A stretch of DNA of 64,000 nt, from assembly GCA_964291395.2 (NCBI GenBank), contig OZ219857.1, forward strand, positions 27,143-91,142. Direction: 5' to 3'. The notes beneath the pieces were generated by a model. It had not been told where the DNA came from, did not search any database, and was given only the letters and a program-made list of their open reading frames with translations. The stretch is from Alphaproteobacteria bacterium. Its GTDB lineage: Bacteria > Pseudomonadota > Alphaproteobacteria > UBA2966. This document shows positions 21,755 through 34,175 of this stretch, piece after piece (the stretch's first letter is position 1; the number at the start of each line of letters is the position of its first letter). Made by a program: the position numbers and the translations under genes.

Positions 21755-22002
21755 TCGCGGTTGACACCGACGTTCTCGTTCATGCGCATCGCCAGGACTC
21801 GCCAAAGCACGACGCGGCTCACGCACGTGTCGTGGCGCTCGCCGAGTCACCCTCCCGCTGGGCGATTCCGGTGTTCTGCATCGGGGAGTTCGTTCGGGTA
21901 ATCACGCACCCGCGGCTGTTCCATGCTCCGCACTCGGCGCGGCGCGGGCGAGGCGTGTGGCGGTGCGGTTGGCGAGTTCCTCGACCTTGCATCCGGATTT
22001 GA
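21751..22002 (+). pseudogene. vapC: Truncated PIN-domain toxin (vapC remnant)
   Basis: TTG start overlapping the vapB stop. 'IAVDTDVLVHAHRQDSP…WAIPVFCIGEFVRVITHPRLF' is a good PIN N-terminal half. Similarity ends near 21930, after which the frame runs antisense through IS-derived sequence to a stop. It is 83 aa versus about 130 expected, and the C-terminal acidic residues are missing. Confidence 0.65.
21948..21971. repeat. 24-bp direct repeat, copy 2
   Basis: Identical to 21463-21486. On the minus strand both copies read 'NRTATRLA' in frame. Confidence 0.95.
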
Positions 22003-22098
22003 GGATTCGGTGCCAGTCCTCGATGCGCTCCTCCTCCGGCGTGAAGCCCGAGGTCAGGAAATCCAGGGGCTCGCCCGAGGCACCGTCGGTGCGGGGGG
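21948..22098 (-). mobile_element. IS4-family (Tn5-like DDE) transposase remnant
   Basis: The minus-strand translation '…EERIEDWHRILKSGCKVEELANRTATRLA' resembles the Tn5 'RWRIEEFHKAWKTG' block (E and K of the YREK signature, with E-x6-K spacing kept). It is only a short fragment with no intact ORF. Confidence 0.4.
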
Positions 22099-22100
22099 TG

Positions 22101-22140
22101 AAGCGAGACTAGGCGAGACTAAGCGAGAACTAGGCGAACT
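22101..22140. repeat. Four tandem copies of a roughly 10-bp unit (consensus ARGCGAGACT)
   Basis: aagcgagact / aggcgagact / aagcgagaact / aggcgaact, ending 18 bp upstream of the GTG start of the autotransporter gene. The units carry TAG/TAA triplets, so the array is non-coding. Confidence 0.85.
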
Positions 22141-22158
22141 GAGAACCGGGCCGCCGCG

Positions 22159-23466
22159 GTGCGCCGAGCGCCGAGCGCGTGCTATGTCTGTGAATCCCGT
22201 CCCCGCCTTCTCCTTGCCGCCGCGCTAATCCTCGGCGCGCTCGGTCTGTTCGCCCCCGCTCCCGCCCAAGCGCAGGTCACCATCTGGTCCGCCACCCTGA
22301 CGGTGGATTTCCGGGACGGAAACTCCGATTCATCGCTCGGATGCAGTGGTGCTCCCGGCCACACCGCCTGCTCGACCGCCTTAACTGCCGACGACTTCAC
22401 CTACAAAGGCACCACCTACGAGGTAGCGGATTTGTATTATGAAAGCGGTAGAGTGGAACTCCGCTTAAGCGGCGTCTCTGCCAGCGCACTCAAGACCGTG
22501 CTCGGTTCGCTGAGGTTGAACGTGGCCGGCCGTCAGTTTGCCCTCAGCGATGGCAGAGGCGAAGCGCTCGGCAGAGTTAGCTGGCTGATGTCCAATCCAG
22601 GCTGGACCGACGGGCAGACGGTCACCCTCGACCTCGACGGCGAGGCGCCGGAGCGCACCAGCGCGGACCTGTCGATGACGCTGGCGGCGGCGGGCATGCG
22701 GGGCGACCTCTTGCGGCCCGAAGAGACGGGCGGGTTCGCGCTGGCGCTGAAGGCGGACGCGTTCTGGGTGCGGACGGAGTCGGACGCGGTCTCGACGCCG
22801 GGCGGGGGCAACCTCGCGGGCGCGCGGGCCGAGGCGAGCCGGGTTCGGGCGGTGCTCGACGGCTCGCGCAGCTTCGCGCTCGCGGGCGGCGGAACGCTGA
22901 CGCCGTCGGTGGAGCTCGGGGTGCGCCACGACGGGGGCGACGCGGAGACCGGGACGGGCACGGAGCTCGGCGCCGGCCTCGGCTACGCGGACCCGTCGCG
23001 GCTCGGCCTGGACATGGCGCTGCGGGTGCACGGTCTGGCGGCGCATGCCGAGGACGGCTACGACGAATGGGGCGTGACGGGGTCGCTGCGGCTGGTGCCG
23101 GGCGGCGCCGGGCGCGGTCTGTCTGCGTCGCTCACGCCGTCTTACGGCGTGGACCCGGGCGGCTCGGAGCGGCTGTGGACGCTGCCGGACGCGTCCGCGC
23201 TGGCGGCGAACGACGACGCGCCCCCGTCGAGCCGGCTCGACGCGGAGGTGGGCTACGGCATGGCGCTGTTCGGCGGCGGCTTCACGGGCACGCCGAATGT
23301 CGGGCTGGGGCTCTCGGACACGGCGCGCGAGCTGCGCCTGGGCTGGCGGCTCGCCCCGGCGGACGGCGGGGGCTTCGAGCTCAATCTCGACGCGGCGCGG
23401 CGCGAGGCCGCGAACGACGACGCGCCGGAGCACCGCGTCGGCTTCGGCCTCACCGCGCGCTGGTGA
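22159..23466 (+). CDS. Autotransporter-type outer-membrane protein with a short unrecognised passenger
   Basis: GTG start. Signal peptide '…RLLLAAALILGALGLFAPAPAQA/QV'. The C-terminal ~265 aa has alternating beta-strand patterns ('FALALKADAFWVRTES', 'LTPSVELGVRHDGGDAETGTG', 'MALRVHGLAAHAEDGYDEWGVTGSLRL') and ends in the OMP beta-signal '…VGFGLTARW'. Confidence 0.7.
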   Translation: MRRAPSACYVCESRPRLLLAAALILGALGLFAPAPAQAQVTIWSATLTVDFRDGNSDSSLGCSGAPGHTACSTALTADDFTYKGTTYEVADLYYESGRVELRLSGVSASALKTVLGSLRLNVAGRQFALSDGRGEALGRVSWLMSNPGWTDGQTVTLDLDGEAPERTSADLSMTLAAAGMRGDLLRPEETGGFALALKADAFWVRTESDAVSTPGGGNLAGARAEASRVRAVLDGSRSFALAGGGTLTPSVELGVRHDGGDAETGTGTELGAGLGYADPSRLGLDMALRVHGLAAHAEDGYDEWGVTGSLRLVPGGAGRGLSASLTPSYGVDPGGSERLWTLPDASALAANDDAPPSSRLDAEVGYGMALFGGGFTGTPNVGLGLSDTARELRLGWRLAPADGGGFELNLDAARREAANDDAPEHRVGFGLTARW

Positions 23467-23765
23467 GGGGAGGCGTGCGGGGCGCGCCGGTAGCTCGCGG
23501 CGCAGGCAGGCACGCGGAACGGGAGCGCGGGCGGGCAGTTCGGGCGGGGAGCGACAACGACGGGCTGCGGTTCGCGATACCCCTCGGAGCGCGCCCTTTC
23601 TCACGCGTGGCCAGCGTCCTCCTTGCCGAACCGCCGGGTGAGACAGGGGCAGTCCGAGGCTGGCGGGACAGCTCGGGGCGGCCCGCCACGCAATCGACGC
23701 ACGGCCGGGAAGGTTCCGGTCACCGGCCTCTTCAGGCCGCGATGTCCTGCGCCGGACCGGCGGAT

Positions 23766-24104
23766 CTAAAGAAGCTTGACGAGGGAGACGATCAGCCCGC
23801 CCTGGGCGATCAGCGCCCCGAACAGCCATTTCAGGAGGTCGGCCTTGACCGCCTCGATGTCGCGCTTGAGCTCGGCCTTGACTGCCTCGATGTCGCGCTT
23901 GAGCTCGGCCTTGACTCGGCTTGAGTCTCGATGTCGCGCTTGAGTCGGCCTCGTGACCGCAGCGAGGTCGGCCTTCGTGGCAAGGTTGCCGTTGAGAAGG
24001 GCGACATGCTCCTCGGCCAGGGTCTCCGCCTGCTTCTCCGTGAAGCCGCTCTCCGTCAGGCGCTTGACGAACCTGTGGGTGTCGAAGGCGATGGCCTCGC
24101 TCAT
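23766..24104 (-). CDS. DUF1640-like coiled-coil membrane-anchored protein
   Basis: ATG at 24104. 'MSEAIAFDTHRFVKRLTESGFTEKQAETLAEEH…LATKADL…VKAELKRDIEAVKAELKRDIEAVKADLLKWLFGALIAQGGLIVSLVKLL' has a C-terminal TM segment. 112 aa. The listed 450-aa ORF is an over-extension. Confidence 0.65.
   Translation of the reverse strand: MSEAIAFDTHRFVKRLTESGFTEKQAETLAEEHVALLNGNLATKADLAAVTRPTQARHRDSSRVKAELKRDIEAVKAELKRDIEAVKADLLKWLFGALIAQGGLIVSLVKLL
23841..23946. repeat. 33-bp tandem repeat inside the DUF1640-like gene (2 near-identical copies plus a degenerate third)
   Basis: 23841-23873 and 23874-23906 differ at one base (ggccttgacCgcctcgatgtcgcgcttgagctc versus …gacT…). 23907-23946 is a 40-nt degenerate copy carrying indels. 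Confidence 0.9.
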
Positions 24105-24278
24105 GTCCAAATCATAGGCATCCCGCCAGGGCTGGACAAGAAGGACCTGGGGCCTTACGAACCGCCGACGGGTCCTGGAGCCCGCCACAATCGAACCGTT
24201 CACGTGGCCTGAAGCCGCATCGAGGCGGACCGATCGGGAGCGAACGTAGACGAGGTACGGGAGGCTGCGAGTCAATCC

Positions 24279-25089
24279 ATGTCCAAGCCAGTGGTCGGTG
24301 TCATCGCATCCGGATACCTCGCCAACGGCCGCAGCCCCGCGCAGTTGGTCAGGGAGAAGAACCTTCGCGCCCTGGCGCAGGTCGCCGACGCCCTGCCCCT
24401 GATGTTCGCCGGCGCGCCCGACCTCACGGATATCGGGCCGCTGCTGGACACGGTCGACGGCGTCCTGCTGACGGGCGACCGCGCCAACGTTCATCCGAGC
24501 CATTTCAACGCCGAACCCCATCCGAGCCACGAGCCCTACGATCGGGACCGGGACGAGGTGGCGCTGCGGGTGGCGAGGGCCTGCGTCGAGCGGAGCATCC
24601 CCATCCTGGGCCTGTGCCGCGGCATCCAGGAGATGGGAGTGGCGTTCGGGAGCACCCTGCATCCGGAAATCCGCGAGTTGCCCGGACGCATGAACCACCG
24701 GGCGCCCCGGCTGGAAAACGGGGACCCCCATCCCGACCCGGCAGTCGTTTTCGCGGACCGCCATGACGTCCGCCTCGTTTCCGGAGGTGTCTTCGCGCGG
24801 CTCTTCGACCGGGAGACGATCCGCGTCAACTCGCTCCACGGTCAGGGCATTCTGGAACCGGGGGACCGCGTCGTCGTCGAGGGCGTGGCGGAGGACGGCA
24901 CGATCGAGGCCATTCGAATCGCCGACGCGCCCGGGTTCGCATTGGGCGTCCAGTGGCACGCCGAGCACGATCCGCAGACCAATCCGGTGAACCGCGCCCT
25001 GTTTCGGGCGTTCGGCGATGCGATCAGGGAACGCAGGCGGGCCCGTGAAGGCCGACCCCACGGAGGCGAAGGGGGAACGCAGGACAGGC

Positions 25090-25097
<8 letters not shown>
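24279..25097 (+). CDS. Gamma-glutamyl-GABA hydrolase-like class I glutamine amidotransferase (peptidase C26, PuuD-like)
   Basis: 272 aa. '[15 protein letters not shown]', nucleophile elbow '[11 protein letters not shown]', and 'GVQWHAE' (the His/Glu of the triad). Its 3' end overlaps the gltB start by 8 nt. Confidence 0.8.
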
Positions 25098-29750
<4,653 letters not shown>

Positions 29751-29753
29751 CCC

Positions 29754-31172
29754 ATGGGCAAAGTCACGGGTTTTCTCGAATTCGACAGGAAGGAGCAGCG
29801 CTACGCGCCAGTCGCCGAACGCGTCCGTAATTTCAACGAGTTCGTGGTGCCGCTGGACGAGAATACGTTGAAGCAGCAGGGCGCGCGCTGCATGGATTGC
29901 GGCATCCCGTTCTGCCACACCGGCTGCCCCGTCGACAACATCATCCCCGACTGGAACGACCTCGTTTACCGCGACCAGTGGCGGGAAGCCATCGAAGTGC
30001 TGCACTCGACCAACAACTTCCCCGAATTCACCGGCCGCGTCTGCCCGGCACCTTGCGAGGAAGCCTGCACGCTGAACATCGACGACGCCCCGGTAACGAT
30101 CAAGACGATCGAGTGCGCCATCGCGGATCGGGCCTGGCAGGAAGGCTGGGCGGTTCCCGACATCTCCGCCGACCGGACCGGCAAACGCGTCGCCGTCGTC
30201 GGAGCGGGTCCCGCCGGAATGGCGTGCGCGCAACAGCTGGCGCGCGCCGGGCACGACGTCACGCTGTTCGACAGGAACGCCAAACCGGGCGGGTTGCTCC
30301 GGTACGGCATTCCCGACTTCAAGATGGAAAAGCACTACATCGACCGGCGCGTCGCACAAATGGAGGCGGAAGGCGTGACCTTCCGCACCGGGGTGCATGT
30401 CGGGGTCGATATGGAAGCCCAGGACCTTGTCCGGGAATACGACGCCGTCGTCCTGGCAGGCGGGTCGGAGAAGGCGCGCGACCTGCCGGTCGAGGGAAGG
30501 GGGTTGCGCGGCGTCGAATTCGCCATGGATTTCCTGCCTCAGCAGAACCGGCGTATCAGCGGGGAGCCCCTCGGCGACGTGGAAGAGATTCACGCCCGAG
30601 GCAAGCACGTCGTCGTGATCGGCGGCGGCGATACGGGCTCCGATTGCATCGGCACGTCGTTCCGCCAAGGCGCGGCCTCGGTCACGCAGCTGGAGATCCT
30701 GCCGATGCCGCCGGAGAAACCCGACAAAGGCACCACATGGCCCCTGTGGCCGCTCCGGCTCCGCACGTCCTCGTCCCACGCGGAAGGGGCGGAGCGCGAT
30801 TGGAGCGTCGCGACCAAGTACCTTTCAGGCGCCAACGGGACCGTCTCGACACTTCACGCGGTCCGCCTGGACGAAGGAATGCAGGAGATTCCCGGAACCG
30901 AATTCGACCTGCAGGCGGGGCTCGTTCTGCTGGCGATGGGTTTCGTTCATCCGGTCCACGAAGGCATGATCGAGGAATTGGGAGTCGAACTCGACACGCG
31001 CGGCAACGTCCTCGCCGATACGGAGAGATACGTCACGTCGCTGCCCAACGTGTTCGCCGCAGGCGACATGCGCCGCGGCCAGTCGCTCGTGGTCTGGGCC
31101 ATCCGCGAGGGCCGGCAATGCGCCCACGCCGTGGACGAATTCCTGATGGGCGAGTCGTCGCTGCCACGATGA
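29754..31172 (+). CDS. gltD: Glutamate synthase small (NADPH) subunit
   Basis: 472 aa. Fe-S Cys clusters '[10 protein letters not shown]' and 'CPAPCEEAC', dinucleotide folds '[14 protein letters not shown]' and '[13 protein letters not shown]', and C-terminal '[15 protein letters not shown]'. Confidence 0.93.
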   Translation: MGKVTGFLEFDRKEQRYAPVAERVRNFNEFVVPLDENTLKQQGARCMDCGIPFCHTGCPVDNIIPDWNDLVYRDQWREAIEVLHSTNNFPEFTGRVCPAPCEEACTLNIDDAPVTIKTIECAIADRAWQEGWAVPDISADRTGKRVAVVGAGPAGMACAQQLARAGHDVTLFDRNAKPGGLLRYGIPDFKMEKHYIDRRVAQMEAEGVTFRTGVHVGVDMEAQDLVREYDAVVLAGGSEKARDLPVEGRGLRGVEFAMDFLPQQNRRISGEPLGDVEEIHARGKHVVVIGGGDTGSDCIGTSFRQGAASVTQLEILPMPPEKPDKGTTWPLWPLRLRTSSSHAEGAERDWSVATKYLSGANGTVSTLHAVRLDEGMQEIPGTEFDLQAGLVLLAMGFVHPVHEGMIEELGVELDTRGNVLADTERYVTSLPNVFAAGDMRRGQSLVVWAIREGRQCAHAVDEFLMGESSLPR

Positions 31173-31252
31173 AACGGCGACGGCATCGCCATTCCGGATT
31201 CCGCGGGCGAGCGGCGCGACAACGGTGCCTGCAGACCCCGGCGAAACCGCGG

Positions 31253-32185
31253 CTACGCCCGGCCGCGCAGGATGGCCGGAATGGCGGCGCGTGCCGCGGC
31301 CCGGTAGCCGTTTGCCGTGACGGTCAAATCGCTCCGCATCATGGCGTTGAGCATCGGCAGCCTGTGGAACGGCACGGCAGGGTAGACATGGTGCTCGACA
31401 TGATAGGGCATGTTCCAGGCGATGAAGCGCACTGCCGCATTGGTGAAGGTCGTGCGCGTGTTCCGGAGCATGTCGGGCACGTGCGGGCATCCGGTATGCT
31501 CGGCCAGCAGATAGAGGCGCAGGAAGGGCTGCCCGAGGAGCACGGGAATGAGCCAGTACCAGAGCAGCGCGGTCGTTCCCCAAAGCACCGACAACCCGGC
31601 GGCGGCGAGGTAGGCGGCGAGAAACAGCCGCGCTTCCCGGACTACGGCCGATCGGGCCCGCGGCGGCACGAACGCGTCGCGGTTCCGGCCGGCAGCGTTG
31701 CTCAGCAAGGTCCTCACCTGGCCCATCCAGTAAGGACCGCCGGCGACGGTCCAGACGAGACCGGGCTTCGATTTCGGCAGGGGCCTCGCCAGTTCCGGAT
31801 CGCGCGCCGGATCGTGAGTGTAGCGGTGATGCGCCATGTGGAAATGGTGAAACCAAGCCGGGGGCAGGAGGGATACCAGCCCCGTTGCCCAGGCCGCCAC
31901 CGTACTCAGCCAGTTGCTGCGGAAGGGCGTTCCGTGCACCGCCTCGTGTTGCAGGCAAAACAGGAAGACGAGCAGAATGCCGTGAGGCAGCAGCAGGATC
32001 GGCCAGCCCGGCACCTCGAGAGCGATCAGCGAACCGGTAACGCCCAGCGCCGCCAAGTGGCCGGCAAGATGGACCAAGCCTCTCAGATCGGAGCGCCGCA
32101 ACAGGCTGCGCCGTTCGGCGCGGCTGAGCCGCCCGACGATATCGCGATGACCGACCGTTCGTCGGAGCGAACCGTCTTCGTCCAT
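31253..32185 (-). CDS. Membrane fatty-acid desaturase family protein
   Basis: Three His boxes: 'HEAVHG', 'HMAHHRYTH' and 'HVEHHVYPAVPFHRLP'. The start is uncertain: in-frame Met at 32185 (MDEDGS…), 32218 or 32266. Confidence 0.8.
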   Translation of the reverse strand: MDEDGSLRRTVGHRDIVGRLSRAERRSLLRRSDLRGLVHLAGHLAALGVTGSLIALEVPGWPILLLPHGILLVFLFCLQHEAVHGTPFRSNWLSTVAAWATGLVSLLPPAWFHHFHMAHHRYTHDPARDPELARPLPKSKPGLVWTVAGGPYWMGQVRTLLSNAAGRNRDAFVPPRARSAVVREARLFLAAYLAAAGLSVLWGTTALLWYWLIPVLLGQPFLRLYLLAEHTGCPHVPDMLRNTRTTFTNAAVRFIAWNMPYHVEHHVYPAVPFHRLPMLNAMMRSDLTVTANGYRAAARAAIPAILRGRA

Positions 32186-32656
32186 CGTTACCCATCCTGA
32201 TCGTCGGGAGGAGGACATCGGGCAGTCGTCCGTTTCGCTCCCCAGCGGCTCATCGTCGACGTTCACGACTCTATCACGACCGCGATGCTCACGAGCCAGT
32301 CCGCCGAGGCGGCAGCTGCCGACGGCGGAACAACGATGGAGCGGACGCCTCCTCCCGACGGCAAGATCGTGGGGAAGCGACCAAACTCCGCTTTCAAAAG
32401 TGATAACAATGGGTTACTGAAAATGCCTTCCTCCCTTCCCCGCTCACGCCCGGACCTACATTCCCGAGCGGGGGATGTCGGTCTCCTCTCTCTTGTCCCC
32501 ATTTCCCGCCCGTTAGAGGATCGTGCCGAAGTCGCCGCGTAGCGCGACACGCAAGTCGCCGCCCTCGGCATCGGGCGACAGAGGCTTGACGCGCGCCGCA
32601 ACGGGGAGCCATATCACATATCACCAATCGGCCGGCGGGCGGGAGGAGGCCCCATC

Positions 32657-33076
32657 GTGGCTCCGACGCGCAGGGATGTGTTGCTGATGGGCGCGTCTGC
32701 CGGCGCGGCCGCGCTGATCCCCGTCGGCGCGGCAGAGGCCTCGAACGGGGTCCGGCAGGCCATCGACGCGTTCACGGGCGGCGCGTTCCGCCTGGAAGGC
32801 GGCGTGATTCTCGATGCGCCGGAAATCTTCGACAACGGCGGCGCCGTGCCGGTCCGGATCGTTGCCGAGGGTGCCAGACGCATCGCGCTCTTCAACGACG
32901 GAAACCCGAATCCCGGCGTCGCGGTCTTCACGTTCGGAAGGCTGGTGCCGCCGGAAGCCACGATCCGCATCCGGCTGGCCGGGAGCCAGACCGTGTATGC
33001 GGTGGCGGAGATGGCGGACGGCACGTTCCGCCAGACCTCCCGGGCAATCGCGGTGACGGTCGGCGGCTGCGGTTGA
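32657..33076 (+). CDS. soxY: Sulfur-carrier protein SoxY
   Basis: GTG start 7 nt downstream of a GGGAGGAGG Shine-Dalgarno sequence. Tat-type leader 'TRRDVLLMGASAGAAALIP'. The C-terminal swinging-arm Cys sits in '…VTVGGCG*'. Confidence 0.85.
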   Translation: MAPTRRDVLLMGASAGAAALIPVGAAEASNGVRQAIDAFTGGAFRLEGGVILDAPEIFDNGGAVPVRIVAEGARRIALFNDGNPNPGVAVFTFGRLVPPEATIRIRLAGSQTVYAVAEMADGTFRQTSRAIAVTVGGCG

Positions 33077-33086
33077 GGAACGGGCG

Positions 33087-33413
33087 ATGGCGGAACCCAG
33101 GCCGCGCGTGAAGCTGCCGAAGTCGGTGGCGGCGGGCGTTCCCTTCACGGTCAAGACCCGGATCACCCATCCGATGCATACGGGGCAGCGCCACGACAGC
33201 GAGGGCGCGCTCGTGCCGCGCCGGATCATCAATCGCTTCGTGGTGAGCTTCAACGGCGAGGTGGCGGTCTCCGTCGACCTGGAGCCGGCGGTCTCGGCCG
33301 ATCCCTACATACAGTTTCAGATGGCCGTTCCGGAATCGGGCCACCTGGACTTCCAATGGATCGACGATGACGGCTCCGTGTACAGCCTCAGCAAACGGAT
33401 CGAGGTCGACTAG
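33087..33413 (+). CDS. soxZ: SoxZ
   Basis: 108 aa, immediately after soxY. 'RVKLPKSVAAGVPFTVKTRITHPMHTG' and 'VSADPYIQFQM' are typical of SoxZ. Confidence 0.85.
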   Translation: MAEPRPRVKLPKSVAAGVPFTVKTRITHPMHTGQRHDSEGALVPRRIINRFVVSFNGEVAVSVDLEPAVSADPYIQFQMAVPESGHLDFQWIDDDGSVYSLSKRIEVD

Positions 33414-34158
33414 AGCCTCCGGCCGGCACCGCCCCCGGCCGGCCAGCCTCGCGGCACGTCTCGCATCCGGGCTGCTTTCCGTGGCGCTGCTGGCGGTTCT
33501 CCCGGCCGCCGCATGGAGCGCCGATGCCGGCCGCGGCAAGGCGCTCTTCGGCCAATGCAAGCGCTGCCATCAGGTGGGCGACGGCGCGAAACACCGGATC
33601 GGCCCGCAGCTCAACGATGTCTTCGGCCGCGCGGCCGGCTCGCTCGCGGACTATCGCTATTCCCGGGCGATGAAGGCGGCCGGTGCCGGCGGCCTGGTCT
33701 GGACCGAGGCGACTCTGGATGCCTTCCTCTCCGACCCGGTCGCCCTCGTGCCGCACTCACGCATGAGCTTCGCGGGAATGGCGGGAGCGGACGACAGGGC
33801 GGCGCTGTTGGCGTGGCTAGGCGGCTTTTCCGGCCCTCGCTCCGATCTTCCGCCAGCGGAACCGACCGCGACGCCCGAGGAATTCGGCCTCGATCCGCGG
33901 ATCCTCGCCATCGAGGGAGACCCCGAATACGGCGCCTATCTCGCGGGTGAATGCATTACCTGCCACCGCATGGACGTGACCGTCAAAGGCATCCCCTCGA
34001 TAACCGGATGGCCACTCGATGACTTCGTGATAGCCTTGCACGCCTACAAGGGCGGAAAGAGGGTCCATCCCGTCATGCAGATGGTGGCCGGGCGCCTCTC
34101 GGACGAGGAGATCGCTGCCCTCGCCGCACATTTCCACAGGGCGGAAGACAGCCCGTGA
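33367..34158 (+). CDS. Di-haem cytochrome c (flavocytochrome-c sulfide dehydrogenase cytochrome subunit, FccA/SoxE-like)
   Basis: Two haem-c motifs, 'CKRCH' and 'CITCH'. Hydrophobic leader '…LLSVALLAVLPAAAWS/ADAG'. The only in-frame ATG (33367) overlaps soxZ by 47 nt, so the exact start is uncertain. Confidence 0.7.
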   Translation: MTAPCTASANGSRSTRASGRHRPRPASLAARLASGLLSVALLAVLPAAAWSADAGRGKALFGQCKRCHQVGDGAKHRIGPQLNDVFGRAAGSLADYRYSRAMKAAGAGGLVWTEATLDAFLSDPVALVPHSRMSFAGMAGADDRAALLAWLGGFSGPRSDLPPAEPTATPEEFGLDPRILAIEGDPEYGAYLAGECITCHRMDVTVKGIPSITGWPLDDFVIALHAYKGGKRVHPVMQMVAGRLSDEEIAALAAHFHRAEDSP

Positions 34159-34175
34159 GCCAGGAGAAACACGTC

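Noticed and set aside
23467-23765. 300-bp stretch between the autotransporter stop and the DUF1640-like gene stop, checked for a terminator, gene fragment or repeat.
   Set aside because: Only trivial 4-bp hairpins (CCGG-TCA-CCGG, GGCC-TCTTCA-GGCC) are present, and there is no coding-like frame. Nothing is supportable.
32267-32656. ORFs 32285-32542 (+) and 32263-32601 (-) in the gap upstream of soxY, considered as a possible small regulator (for example ArsR/SoxR-like).
   Set aside because: The translations lack any HTH or metal-binding motif, are low-complexity, overlap each other, and have poor codon bias. I treat this as a non-coding promoter region.
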